Notes: generated by a model from the letters alone, not told the origin. A stretch of DNA of 64,000 bases from Oscillospiraceae bacterium (GCA_021629085.1 JAJXRJ010000006.1:6660-70659); one strand, 5' to 3'; positions 8,914 to 18,863 are shown, numbered from the stretch's first letter. Translations and numbers: made by a program.

Positions 8914-9468
8914 TCAAATTTTAGTCCCATCGGCGTGAAACAGCGGCAGGGGCGCAAGATAGGTAATATCCTTCCGGGATATGGCATCCCCCTCCGCCAG
9001 CACTGCCATTTTCCCTACAATCTCTCCTCCGGCCTGGCAAATCAGCGTTTCTAAGGCGGCTAGGGATTCACCCGTGCTGATAACGTCGTCTACAATCAGC
9101 ACCCGTTTCCCACGCATCTTATCCGCCTCGTCTTTGCCAATGCACAAAATCTGCTGATGGTCTGTGGTAATGGAGTCCACCACTGTGCTGATGACATCTT
9201 TCATATACAGCTTGGGCCCCTTCCGGGCCACAATATAGTCGTTTCGCCCAGCCTGCCGGGCCATTTCATACAGCAGGGGAATCCCTTTAGATTCCGCCGT
9301 TATTAAAATGTCAAAGCCCGGCGCCTGCGCCAAAAGTGCCTGCGCACAGTTTACCGTCAGCTCCACATCGCCAAACATAATGAAAGCGGCAATATAAATG
9401 TCGTCCGCAATTGGGCAAAGGGGCAGACTGCGCGAAAGCCCCGCCACTTCCAGCTGATATTCCATCAT
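8914..9468 (-). CDS. Phosphoribosyltransferase family protein (purine salvage type)
   Basis: 184 aa with the PRPP-binding motif VLIVDDVISTGES. It lies 27 nt downstream of a purine permease gene. Confidence 0.75.
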   Translation of the reverse strand: MMEYQLEVAGLSRSLPLCPIADDIYIAAFIMFGDVELTVNCAQALLAQAPGFDILITAESKGIPLLYEMARQAGRNDYIVARKGPKLYMKDVISTVVDSITTDHQQILCIGKDEADKMRGKRVLIVDDVISTGESLAALETLICQAGGEIVGKMAVLAEGDAISRKDITYLAPLPLFHADGTKI

Positions 9469-9495
9469 TCAAACGCTTCCTTTCCTCCCAGGGGT

Positions 9496-10857
9496 TTACG
9501 CAAAAACCAGGGTGACAATGCGCAGAATGAACAACGCAAAGGAAACCCACATAACCGGATGCACGTCTTTTATTTTGCCTGTGAACACCTTTAAGAGCAC
9601 CCAGGTGATAATTCCATACATAATACCGTTGGCAATCGAATAGGTAAACGGCATCATTACAATTGCCACAAACCCGCCGATGACGTCTGCAATATCGCCG
9701 TCAAAGGTCATTTTTTTCACCGAGCTCATCATCAAAAGGCCTACAAACACCAAAGCCGGTGTGGTGGCAAACCCCGGGATTGCCAGGAAAATGGGCGACA
9801 AGAACAGCGCCAGTGCAAACAATACCGCCGTGGTTACCGCAGTAAGGCCTGTACGTCCGCCCTGGGCAACGCCGGCGCTGCTTTCTACATAGCTGGTTAC
9901 GGTAGAGGTGCCCAGGCAAGCGCCAACCACTGTGCCAACTGCATCCGCCAGCAATGCGCCGCCCGCTTTCGGCAGGTTCCCCTCTTTGTCTAAAAGGTTC
10001 CCTTTGTCGGCCACGCCGATTAACGTGCCGACCGTGTCAAACAAATCTACAAACAGGAAGGAGAATACGATGACCGCAAACTCCAATGCATGGCTTGTCA
10101 CATAGCTGAAATCAAACTGGAATAAATAGGGAGCAGCGGGAATAAAGCTATAGTTTTGGAAGCTGGGGAACAAAGAATAAGCTTCTTTTTCCACATCCAC
10201 CACATACCAGCCGGTCAATTCCGCAATCATGCCCAGAACCCAGGTGGCTAGAATCCCCCAGAGGATGGAGCCAGGCACCTTAAAGTGATGCATAATGCCA
10301 ATGAGCACGAGCCCTACTATGGCCAAAACAAACTGCGGGGAAAGCACATCCCCCATGGCCACTAAGGTGGATGGGTCGCCAATGACAATCCCAGCGCCCT
10401 TTAATCCCACGATGGTAATAAACAACCCTATACCGGCTGTAATGCCCAGCTTTAAGTTGGCCGGGACCTTGTTGACCAGCGTTTCACGGAACTTAAACAG
10501 GGAGAGGATAATGAAAATAATCCCTTCCACCAATACCGCTGTCAAAGCAATCTGCCAGGGATTGCTGATGCCGGCTTCTGCCATGGGGACACAAACAGAA
10601 TACGCAAAATATGCATTTAATCCCATTCCAGAGGCAAGCGCAACTGGATAATTGGCAAAAAACGCCATACACAGGGTGGCCAAAACTGCTGACACTGCCG
10701 TGGCCGTAAAGACCGCGCCCTTGTCCATGCCTGCCGCAGACAGGATAGACGGATTGACTGCCAGGATGTACACCATTGCTAAAAAGGTGGTAATGCCGGC
10801 AATGACCTCTGTTTTGACATTGGTGCCGTGTTCCTTCAGTTTAAAAACCTTTTCCAT
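9496..10857 (-). CDS. NCS2 family nucleobase permease (AzgA/PbuG-like adenine/guanine/hypoxanthine transporter)
   Basis: 453-aa polytopic membrane protein. Its N-terminus (FKLKEHGTNVKTEVIAGITTFLAMVYILAVNP) is typical of the AzgA/PbuG/PbuO clade. Confidence 0.85.
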   Translation of the reverse strand: MEKVFKLKEHGTNVKTEVIAGITTFLAMVYILAVNPSILSAAGMDKGAVFTATAVSAVLATLCMAFFANYPVALASGMGLNAYFAYSVCVPMAEAGISNPWQIALTAVLVEGIIFIILSLFKFRETLVNKVPANLKLGITAGIGLFITIVGLKGAGIVIGDPSTLVAMGDVLSPQFVLAIVGLVLIGIMHHFKVPGSILWGILATWVLGMIAELTGWYVVDVEKEAYSLFPSFQNYSFIPAAPYLFQFDFSYVTSHALEFAVIVFSFLFVDLFDTVGTLIGVADKGNLLDKEGNLPKAGGALLADAVGTVVGACLGTSTVTSYVESSAGVAQGGRTGLTAVTTAVLFALALFLSPIFLAIPGFATTPALVFVGLLMMSSVKKMTFDGDIADVIGGFVAIVMMPFTYSIANGIMYGIITWVLLKVFTGKIKDVHPVMWVSFALFILRIVTLVFA

Positions 10858-11031
10858 ACAAATGCTCCTTATTTATTATTTTTCTCCTATTTTATACTGA
10901 ATGGGAAAGTTTTTCAAGCGGTTTGCGCAAATTTCCCAACTTTTCAGCATTTTACCCAACAAATTTGCAAAACTTTATGGAAAACAGAGAGAAATTTTTA
11001 TCTAGCGCCCGCCTGCTCCCCCCAAAACTTC

Positions 11032-11061
11032 TTGACATTCCTTCTCTGATTATAATATAAT
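11032..11061 (+). promoter_or_regulatory. Sigma-A-type promoter of the glmS transcript
   Basis: TTGACA (11032-11037), 18 nt, TATAAT (11056-11061). Confidence 0.5.
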
Positions 11062-11109
11062 ATAGGATGGGAAAGTAAATATTGGAAAGGAGTTTTTACA
11101 ACCAGATAG

Positions 11110-11290
11110 GAGCGCCAGAACCGTGCAAATTTAAACGGTTGACGAGGTTGGGGAGTATCGAAACATTCGGCGGATGCCCCACGGTGCCTGCACCACCGTA
11201 AAAAGGTCGACAAATCCTCTGCGCAAGCGGTTGCACAAAACGGCCCGGTGTGAAACCCTTTGATTGATTCCCGAATGAAGGGGTGATTTT
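11110..11290 (+). ncRNA. glmS ribozyme: glmS glucosamine-6-phosphate-activated ribozyme
   Basis: AGCGCCAGAACCG...GACGAGG..GGGGAGUAUCGAAACAUUCGGCGGAUGCCCC...CCGUAAAAAGG matches the conserved glmS ribozyme core, with the cleavage site 5' of GCGCC. It lies directly upstream of glmS. Confidence 0.9.
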
Positions 11291-11396
11291 TTTAAGCAAG
11301 GGATTCCATGCGCTTTTTTGGCAACAATAAAAGCATAAAACAAGCATGGTTTTTTTTGCTGTACAACAATCATCAATGAAAGGGAGAATCGGATTT

Positions 11397-13217
11397 ATGT
11401 GCGGCATTGTAGGCTACATCGGCAACACCCCCGCAAAGGACATCCTGCTTTCCGGCCTTGCCCGGCTGGAATACCGGGGATATGACTCAGCGGGCATATC
11501 GGTACTTGAAAACGGTGCAATTACCACCATAAAGGCAAAGGGGCCTTTAAAAAACCTCAAACAAAAGACGAAGGGCGCGGCCCTTTTGGGCACGCTGGGC
11601 ATTGGACACACGCGTTGGGCCACCCATGGCGCGCCGTCAGACGAAAACTGCCATCCGCATCAAAGCGCAAGCGGGCGCATTTCTGTGGTGCACAATGGCA
11701 TTATTGAAAATTATGAAGAATTAAAGACTGCATTGCAAAAAAAGGGTGTCTCATTTGTATCACAAACCGACACCGAGGTGCTGCCGCACCTCATTGAAAC
11801 CTTTTATGAGGGCGATCTCTTAGACGCCGTCATCCGCGCGCTCAATTGCGTGGAGGGCAGCTATGCCCTTGGCGTGATCTGTGCCGACGAGCCCGAAAAA
11901 CTGGTCGCGGTGCGAAAAGACAGCCCGCTCGTTGTGGGGCTTTTAGGGGGCGAATCATTCATTGCGTCTGACATCCCCGCCATTTTGGACAAAACACGGG
12001 ATGTATACCTATTAAATGACGGCGAATTTGCCGTGCTCACAAAAGATGGCGTGACGCTGTGTGACAAGGACAAACAGCCCATTTCGCACAAAGTTTATCA
12101 CGTGACGTTTGACGACACGGCAGCGCAAAAGGGCGGATTTGCGCACTTTATGCTCAAAGAAATCCACGAGCAGCCACAGGCCATCCGCGACACGCTGTTT
12201 GGAAGGCTTGCAAAAAATAAGCGCATCAAATTAGACGGCATCTCACATCGTGACCTTTTAGACATCAACCGCATTTTTATTGTGGCGTGCGGTTCAGCCT
12301 ATCACGCCGGGCTGGTGGGCAAAATTGCCATTGAGCGGCTCTCAGGCGTGCCGGTGGATGTGGATATTGCGTCGGAATTCCGCTACCGCGACCCCATCAT
12401 TGACCAGCATACGCTGCTTATGGTCATCAGCCAATCGGGCGAAACGGCAGACACGCTGGCAGCGCTGCGGCTGGGCAAGGCCCGCGGCTGTAAATCGCTT
12501 GCCATCACCAATGTGGTGGGCAGTACCCTTTCGCGCGAGGCGGATTTTGTGTTTTACACCCACGCCGGGCCGGAAATTGCCGTGGCCTCCACCAAGGCGT
12601 ACATCACCCAACTCATTGCGCTGTATCTGTTTGCGCTGTTTCTTGCGCAAGATCACACCTTTTCCACGCCCGAGCGGCAGGAGGCTCTTAAGGCAGAGCT
12701 TTTAACCCTCGCGGATAAGGTGGAAGAGACGCTTTCGTGCACAGATGTGATGCGGCATATTGCAAACCATGTCTATAAAAAGACCGATATTTTTTATCTG
12801 GGCCGCGGTATGGACTATGCAGTGGCCATGGAGGGGTCGTTAAAGCTCAAGGAAATTTCCTACATCCACTCTGAGCCTTACGCAGGCGGCGAGCTCAAGC
12901 ACGGGCCCATTGCTCTCATTGAGGACGGCACGGTGGTGATTGCAGTGAGCACCAATGAGGATTTGCGCGCGAAGATGGAGTCTAACATCCGGGAAGTGGA
13001 AAGCCGCGGCGCATATGTGGTGGGCATTGTGCCCCGCACATTCGGCTCGGCGGGCAACCGGTTTGACGCGGTGTGCCAGCTGCCCGAAACCGACCCGTTG
13101 TTAACGCCGGTTGTGGCCATTGTGCCCTTGCAGCTGCTTTCCTACTATGTGTCGGCAAAAAAGGGGCTGAGCGTTGACAAACCGCGCAATTTGGCTAAAT
13201 CGGTGACAGTAGAATAA
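11397..13217 (+). CDS. glmS: Glutamine--fructose-6-phosphate aminotransferase (isomerizing)
   Basis: Starts at MCGIVGY, with the N-terminal nucleophile Cys directly after Met. Two SIS domains; C-terminal ...LAKSVTVE. Confidence 0.95.
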   Translation: MCGIVGYIGNTPAKDILLSGLARLEYRGYDSAGISVLENGAITTIKAKGPLKNLKQKTKGAALLGTLGIGHTRWATHGAPSDENCHPHQSASGRISVVHNGIIENYEELKTALQKKGVSFVSQTDTEVLPHLIETFYEGDLLDAVIRALNCVEGSYALGVICADEPEKLVAVRKDSPLVVGLLGGESFIASDIPAILDKTRDVYLLNDGEFAVLTKDGVTLCDKDKQPISHKVYHVTFDDTAAQKGGFAHFMLKEIHEQPQAIRDTLFGRLAKNKRIKLDGISHRDLLDINRIFIVACGSAYHAGLVGKIAIERLSGVPVDVDIASEFRYRDPIIDQHTLLMVISQSGETADTLAALRLGKARGCKSLAITNVVGSTLSREADFVFYTHAGPEIAVASTKAYITQLIALYLFALFLAQDHTFSTPERQEALKAELLTLADKVEETLSCTDVMRHIANHVYKKTDIFYLGRGMDYAVAMEGSLKLKEISYIHSEPYAGGELKHGPIALIEDGTVVIAVSTNEDLRAKMESNIREVESRGAYVVGIVPRTFGSAGNRFDAVCQLPETDPLLTPVVAIVPLQLLSYYVSAKKGLSVDKPRNLAKSVTVE

Positions 13218-13242
13218 AATTTATCATAGAGGAGCGGATTTT

Positions 13243-13866
13243 ATGCGGAAAATAGTGGTTACCATCAGCCGCGAATTTGGCAGTGGCGGCAGGAAAATCG
13301 GCGAACTTCTGGCGCAAAGCCTGGGCATTTCATTTTACGACAAAGCGCTCATTGACATGGCGGCTGAAAAAAGCGGCCTCTCAAAAGAATTTATTGAGAG
13401 CCGCGAGCAACAGATGAATTCCAGCCTCCTCTACATGCTGACCATGAACAATTACTATTCCAACGCCATGCTCTCCAAAGATATCTTGTCCCCGCAAGAC
13501 AGCTTGTTTATCACGCAGGGCAAGCTTATCAAAAGCATTGCCGAAAAGGAGAGCTGTGTGATTGTGGGACGGTGTGCGGACTATATCTTGCGCAAGAGAG
13601 ACGACTGTTTGAATCTCTTTATTTACGCTGACATGGAAAACAAGGTGAAACGCGCCGTAGAGGAATATGGGATTGCGCCTGATAATGCAGAAAATGAGCT
13701 GCGCAAAAACGACAAGGCGCGCGCCACACACTATCACCACTACACCGGCCGCAGCTGGGGAGATGTGCACAACTATCACATGTGCCTTTCTTCCTCGATG
13801 TTGGGTGTGGAAGGCACCGCTGCTATGCTAAAGGCGTATGTCAATAAAATCCGGCTGGACGGATAG
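13243..13866 (+). CDS. Cytidylate kinase-like family protein
   Basis: 207 aa with an N-terminal P-loop-like ISREFGSGGRKIG, typical of the cytidylate-kinase-like (AAA_18/Cytidylate_kin2) family. Confidence 0.65.
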   Translation: MRKIVVTISREFGSGGRKIGELLAQSLGISFYDKALIDMAAEKSGLSKEFIESREQQMNSSLLYMLTMNNYYSNAMLSKDILSPQDSLFITQGKLIKSIAEKESCVIVGRCADYILRKRDDCLNLFIYADMENKVKRAVEEYGIAPDNAENELRKNDKARATHYHHYTGRSWGDVHNYHMCLSSSMLGVEGTAAMLKAYVNKIRLDG

Positions 13867-13879
13867 GGAAAAACGTCTT

Positions 13880-13906
13880 AACCCCCGAATTTTCGGGGGT
13901 TTTTTG
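13880..13906 (+). terminator. Intrinsic terminator after the glmS / kinase-like unit
   Basis: CCCCCGAA (13882-13889) pairs with TTCGGGGG (13892-13899), followed by TTTTTT. Confidence 0.8.
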
Positions 13907-14011
13907 TTTGCCTGAAATTGGATTTGCATAATTTATATATTATATGATATACTTTTGCATATCCAAGGAGCCTTGTGCTTTCTGCACAGCGAGAAAAAGG
14001 GAGGATCGTAT

Positions 14012-15967
14012 ATGCGAAAACTTCTGCTTGTGATGACCCTTCTTCTGACCATCAGTTTTGTCCTTCCCGCATACACGGACGCGGCCATTCCCGCTGCGGA
14101 CGATTTTTTGACCGACATTGACATGCAGTGGTATGAGCCCTATGTGCAGACCCTTTACGACATGGGCGTGTTAAACGGCGACCAGACCCGTGCAAACGGC
14201 GATTCCAATGTGACGCGCGGCGAATTTGTGGCGCTGCTCACCCGTGCGTTTTACAATTTAGAAGGATATGTGGGGGCCACCCACTTCCCCGATGTCAAGC
14301 CCGGCGACCTGTTTTATGAAAACATCTCCATGGCAGCGCAAAACGGGCTGGTGCAAGGGGACAGCGCAGGGCGGTTCAACCGGGATGCGCACATTACGCG
14401 CGAAGAGATTGTGCTGATTGTAAGCCGGCTGCTAAGAGACAAACCTGCGGATGGCAGCGTTTCTTTTTCCGACATTAAAAAGAACTATCCCTACCGCACC
14501 GAGCTTGCACGGGCGGTGTCGCTTGGCGTGATAACCGGCTATGATGACAACACGTTTCGCCCCTATCAAAACGCCACCCGCGCCGAGAGCGCCGTGATGA
14601 TTTTAAATGCGTTTTCGGTTTACGGGTCCAAAGGGACAGACACGGAAGTGCTGCAGTTTGCGGAAAACTACTTTGCCAACGACCGGCGGGATCCAGCTTC
14701 CAATTTAGATTCTGCAACTGGTACTGAGGCAAAGGATATCAAATACCGCGATGAGATTTTGAAGTTTATCGCCGCGCAGGGTGCGTCCGTGCAAAAAAAC
14801 ACATCCGGCGTGCAATTTACCCTACAGGAGCAGACCAATAACACCGCAACCGTTTTGGCCCGCTTTGCCACCAGCCACACAGTGCAGTATGCCGGCGGCG
14901 AACAAAAGACGCGCAGCTATGACGGTGAAACCACGCTGTATCTGTTAAAACGCGCGGGCTACTGGAAGGTGTACCGCACAGATGCACATTTGAAGGTACG
15001 CGGGAAAATTAACCTTACCTGGGAGGTATTCCAAAACCCGCCTGATTATGCGCCGGACGGGGTGAATGTAATTTCCCCCACCTGGTATGAGCTCATTGCA
15101 GACAACAGCTTCCCAAACGCGCCGGTGGTGTATTCCGATTCGTCCACCACCATCCGTTTGACTGACAAGGCCAATCAAAAATATTTGGACTATGTGAGAA
15201 ACAACGGATATGATTTGTGGATTGCCTACCGCAACGATTTTAACACGCACAACACCCGCAAATTTATGAGCAGTGCAGACGCGCGCATCCATGCGGTGAA
15301 GCTTGTCATTCAGGGCGTGCTTAAAACGCGTGCAGACGGCATCAATATGGACTTTGAAAACATGCTGGACCGCGACGTTTACACCCGGCATGTAAAGGAA
15401 ATTGCGCTTGCCATGCGCGAACTGGGCCTTGTGACCAGTGTGGACATCAACAAATATGAAAAGACAGGCGGCTCGTGGTCGCTGTGCTTTGACCGGGACG
15501 CAATTGACCGTGTGGCGGACTACTCTGTTGTGATGGCATACGACCAATATGGCACATTCAGCACAAGTGCAGGGCCGGTTGCCGGGCTTTCGTGGGTGCG
15601 CGGCGTGGTACAAAATGTGCTGCGCGAGGTTGCGCCCGAGCGTCTGGTTTTGGGCGTGCCCTTCTACGTGCGGGTTTGGCAGGAGCAAAACGGCAAGGTG
15701 GTAAAAACGTCCGCAGTGAGCATGGAGCGCGCCGCACAGCTCATCCGTGAAAACAACGGCCAAATTTCCTACAACAGCACGGACGGGCAGGACGTGGCCA
15801 CTTGGAAGAGCGGCAACACCACGTATAAAGTGTGGATTGAAGATGCGGCGTCCATTTCACGTAAAGCAGCGCTCATCAAAGAATACGGCCTGGCGGGCGT
15901 TGCTTCCTGGCGGCGCGGCTTTGAAACGTCAGACATTTGGCAGACGCTAATCAACAGCCTATCATAA
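14012..15967 (+). CDS. Secreted SLH-domain glycoside hydrolase family 18 protein (YaaH/YdhD-like peptidoglycan hydrolase)
   Basis: The ATG at 14012 has a GGGAGG Shine-Dalgarno sequence and gives a signal peptide (MRKLLLVMTLLLTISFVLPAYT). Three SLH-like repeats follow, then a GH18 domain with motif DGINMDFE. Confidence 0.8.
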   Translation: MRKLLLVMTLLLTISFVLPAYTDAAIPAADDFLTDIDMQWYEPYVQTLYDMGVLNGDQTRANGDSNVTRGEFVALLTRAFYNLEGYVGATHFPDVKPGDLFYENISMAAQNGLVQGDSAGRFNRDAHITREEIVLIVSRLLRDKPADGSVSFSDIKKNYPYRTELARAVSLGVITGYDDNTFRPYQNATRAESAVMILNAFSVYGSKGTDTEVLQFAENYFANDRRDPASNLDSATGTEAKDIKYRDEILKFIAAQGASVQKNTSGVQFTLQEQTNNTATVLARFATSHTVQYAGGEQKTRSYDGETTLYLLKRAGYWKVYRTDAHLKVRGKINLTWEVFQNPPDYAPDGVNVISPTWYELIADNSFPNAPVVYSDSSTTIRLTDKANQKYLDYVRNNGYDLWIAYRNDFNTHNTRKFMSSADARIHAVKLVIQGVLKTRADGINMDFENMLDRDVYTRHVKEIALAMRELGLVTSVDINKYEKTGGSWSLCFDRDAIDRVADYSVVMAYDQYGTFSTSAGPVAGLSWVRGVVQNVLREVAPERLVLGVPFYVRVWQEQNGKVVKTSAVSMERAAQLIRENNGQISYNSTDGQDVATWKSGNTTYKVWIEDAASISRKAALIKEYGLAGVASWRRGFETSDIWQTLINSLS

Positions 15968-16003
15968 AAAAGGAAAGCGCCTTTTTCCATTCTGATAAAA
16001 ATC

Positions 16004-16040
16004 AAAAACCGCGAAAGGTTTCTATCTTTCGCGGTTTTTT
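16004..16040. terminator. Bidirectional intrinsic terminator between the GH18 gene and serS
   Basis: AAAAA, then CCGCGAAAG (16009-16017) pairing with CTTTCGCGG (16026-16034), then TTTTTT. Confidence 0.75.
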
Positions 16041-16099
16041 ACTGTTTATCATTTTTTGCATTATCTTGCACAAGATAATACAAAATCTTGTGCAAGATT

Positions 16100-17368
16100 T
16101 TATCGGATAATGTCGGTTCCCATATAAGGACGAAGAACTTCGGGCACCGTTACAGTTCCATCTGCATTTTGGTAGTTTTCCAAAATGGCTGCCACAGTCC
16201 TGCCCACCGCAACGCCGCTGCCGTTTAATGTATGCACAAACTGCGGTTTGTCTTTCGGGCTTTTGCGATATTTGATGTTGGCCCGGCGCGCTTGGAAATC
16301 CTCAAAATTGGAGCAGGAAGAGATTTCTACAAACCGACCGTAGCTGGGCATCCACACTTCTATATCATATTTCATAGCTGCGGTAAAGCCAAGATCGCCC
16401 ACACAGATTTTTACCACACGATAGGGCAACTTGAGCAGCTGCAGCACACGTTCTGCGTCGTTGGTCAGCTTTTCCAGCTCCTCATAGGAGTGCTCTGGCT
16501 CGACAAATTTTACCAGCTCCACCTTGTTAAACTGATGCTGGCGAATCAGGCCGCGCGTATCCTTTCCGGCAGAGCCTGCCTCCGCCCGGAAGCATGCGGA
16601 ATAGGCCACATGCTTGATGGGAAGCTGATTGCCATCCAAAATTTCATCGCGATACATATTGGTCACCGGAACTTCCGCAGTGGGGATCAGGAAGTAATCG
16701 GTGTTCATCACCTTAAATGCATCCTCTTCAAATTTCGGCAGTTGCCCGGTGCCCACCATACTGCGCCGGTGCACCATATACGGCGGGAAAATTTCAGTGT
16801 AGCCATGCTGTTCGGTGTGTGTGTTTAAGAAAAAGTTGATGATGGAACGTTCCAGCCGCGCACCCTGCCCCCGATAAAAGGTAAACCGGGTGCCGGTCAC
16901 CTTCCCGGCGGTGGGTGCATCCAAAATATTGAGATCCGCACCAATGTCCCAATGTGCTTTGGGTGCAAAGTCAAACGTTGTGGGCGTTAAAAACCGCCGG
17001 ATTTCCACATTATCCTCATCGGTATCCCCATCTGGCACGGTTTCATTGGGCAGATTGGGGATGGTCATCATCAAATTTTGCAGTTTTTCCTCCAAATCCC
17101 GCACTTTTTCATCGTATTCTTTAATGGAATCAGAAAGTTTTTTCATCTCTTCAAAAATGCCGGAAACGTCTTTTCCCTCTTTTTTCAGCACAGGAATCTG
17201 CTTGCTTTGCTGGTTTTGTGCATTTTTGAGCTGTTCCACTTCATATAAAAGCTCCCGGCGTGCGTTATCCAGCGCCAGAACCGCGTCAATATCCACAGTT
17301 TCTTTCCGTCTTGCAAGAGCAGCTTTCACTTTTTCTGTCTCTTGACGAATCAATTTGATGTCCAACAT
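16100..17368 (-). CDS. serS: Serine--tRNA ligase
   Basis: 422 aa with an N-terminal coiled-coil arm (MLDIKLIRQ...) and a class II core ([15 protein letters not shown]..., [12 protein letters not shown]). Confidence 0.95.
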   Translation of the reverse strand: MLDIKLIRQETEKVKAALARRKETVDIDAVLALDNARRELLYEVEQLKNAQNQQSKQIPVLKKEGKDVSGIFEEMKKLSDSIKEYDEKVRDLEEKLQNLMMTIPNLPNETVPDGDTDEDNVEIRRFLTPTTFDFAPKAHWDIGADLNILDAPTAGKVTGTRFTFYRGQGARLERSIINFFLNTHTEQHGYTEIFPPYMVHRRSMVGTGQLPKFEEDAFKVMNTDYFLIPTAEVPVTNMYRDEILDGNQLPIKHVAYSACFRAEAGSAGKDTRGLIRQHQFNKVELVKFVEPEHSYEELEKLTNDAERVLQLLKLPYRVVKICVGDLGFTAAMKYDIEVWMPSYGRFVEISSCSNFEDFQARRANIKYRKSPKDKPQFVHTLNGSGVAVGRTVAAILENYQNADGTVTVPEVLRPYMGTDIIR

Positions 17369-17396
17369 CTTAAAAACTCCTTTGTGATAAATTTGG

Positions 17397-17837
17397 TCAG
17401 CTTAATATTAGATCATACAAATAGCGTTGCAGCACACTGAAACTGTCAGTGTTCATCTCCGCCAGCAAAGCACGCGCTTCGGAAACCTTCCCTTCCCGGT
17501 ACAAATCATATGCCTGCATGAGCAGTGCATCATATTCACTGTTGCCTGCCAATGCAGCCACAGCTTGGGTTTCCTCCAATTTTTTTGTCGTGTCGGCAAG
17601 CAGTGCAGACGCAGCTTCCAACTCTTTTTTCAGCATTTCATTTTCCTCGGTGAGCTGGCTCACACTTGAGCGCATCCCTCGTATGTTTTCTTCGTTTTCC
17701 TTTTGAATATTATTTTGTGTGAAAAACGCAAAGACAATCAAAATAAGAGCGAAAGAAAACAGGATCCCTGTGTAAATCCACAAAAACTTTGTGTTTTTCT
17801 TCATGGTATTTTGGCCCGGGGCACCCCCGGCGTCCAT
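17397..17837 (-). CDS. Single-pass membrane protein with a C-terminal coiled-coil region (function unknown)
   Basis: Contains one TM segment ([22 protein letters not shown]) followed by a heptad-rich region. The start is uncertain. ATG 17837 follows AAGGAGG but with very short spacing; ATG 17804 (MKKNTKF) is the alternative. The ORF-track start at 17912 would read through a parS site. Confidence 0.55.
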   Translation of the reverse strand: MDAGGAPGQNTMKKNTKFLWIYTGILFSFALILIVFAFFTQNNIQKENEENIRGMRSSVSQLTEENEMLKKELEAASALLADTTKKLEETQAVAALAGNSEYDALLMQAYDLYREGKVSEARALLAEMNTDSFSVLQRYLYDLILS

Positions 17838-17868
17838 AGCCTCCTTCCCAAATGGCAATGTTCCACGT

Positions 17869-17884
17869 GGAACAATTTTCACAT
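17869..17884. other. parS: parS centromere-like site
   Basis: TGTTCCACGTGGAACA is a perfect 16-bp palindrome matching the Firmicute parS consensus TGTTNCACGTGAAACA at 15 of 16 positions. Confidence 0.85.
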
Positions 17885-18008
17885 TTTTAAAAATTCTTCT
17901 TGTCCTGTCCAAATTTTGCCGTTGCTTAGGTTTTCTTGTTTTTTATAAAATCATACCAGGTGATTTCTTAAAATGCGGCATACGGCAATTTTAAAGCCCG
18001 GTTTTTTC

Positions 18009-18860
18009 TCAAATATTTAGAATTTTTCCAATTCGTTCCAAATCATCGGGCGAATAATATTCAATTTCAATCTTTCCCTTTTTCTTTCCGCGCGAAATGG
18101 TCACTTTGGTGCCCAAAACAGAGGAGGCACGTTTTTCAAAATCTGCAAATGCAAGCCTGACGTTTAAATCTTCTTCCGGCGCAGTACGGCGTGGTTTTTC
18201 ATCTGCCTTTATCATGCGTTCCAAATCGCGCACCGTAAGCCCGCTTTCGATTGCCAATTTCCCAAACATCAGCTGTTTTCCCTTATCTTGGCAGGAGAGC
18301 AGCACTTTGGCGTGTCCCACACTCAACGACCCTTGCTCTAATGCAGCAATCAACGCATCGGGCAGCGCCAACAAGCGCAGTGCGTTTGCTACAACAGGCC
18401 GGCTTTTGCTCACTTTTGCAGCAATTTCCTCTTGTGTGAGATGGAATTCCTGCAAAAGCCGTTGATACCCGCGCGCTTCTTCTATGGGATTCAAATCTTG
18501 CCGCTGTAGATTTTCAATCAGTGCAATTTCATGTATTTTTTGTGCATCTAAATTGCGCACCATGGCCGGAATGGTCTTCATCCCTGCCATTTTTGCCGCA
18601 CGCCAACGGCGTTCCCCGGCCACAATGCGGTAAAACCCGTTTTCCTGCCGCACCACTAAAATGGGGGACAAAACGCCGTGCTCTTTGATAGAATCTGCCA
18701 ATTCTTCCAAGGATTGTTCATCAAAATTTTGCCGCGGCTGGTGTTTGTTGGGTTCTATTTCCATCAGTTTGAGCTCCACCACCGCATCTGTCTGCGAAAG
18801 ATCGGTTTCCGCTTCTGAAATAAGCGAGCTCAGGCCCTTTCCCAGTCCTTTTTTTGCCAA
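18009..18860 (-). CDS. parB: Chromosome partitioning protein ParB (Spo0J)
   Basis: 283 aa with ParB boxes (PILVV...YRIVAGERRWRAAKMAG), an HTH segment and a C-terminal dimerisation region. Confidence 0.92.
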   Translation of the reverse strand: MAKKGLGKGLSSLISEAETDLSQTDAVVELKLMEIEPNKHQPRQNFDEQSLEELADSIKEHGVLSPILVVRQENGFYRIVAGERRWRAAKMAGMKTIPAMVRNLDAQKIHEIALIENLQRQDLNPIEEARGYQRLLQEFHLTQEEIAAKVSKSRPVVANALRLLALPDALIAALEQGSLSVGHAKVLLSCQDKGKQLMFGKLAIESGLTVRDLERMIKADEKPRRTAPEEDLNVRLAFADFEKRASSVLGTKVTISRGKKKGKIEIEYYSPDDLERIGKILNI

Positions 18861-18863
18861 AAC

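Noticed and set aside
10858-11100. Purine riboswitch upstream of the nucleobase permease / phosphoribosyltransferase pair.
   Set aside because: The minus-strand leader has no UAUAAU...CUACC...CCGUAAAU...GACUAUG-type core. The likely promoter (TTGAAA-15-TATAAA) leaves only a ~40-nt leader. A GTTGGG(T/A)AAA direct repeat is present, but I could not link it to a known operator.
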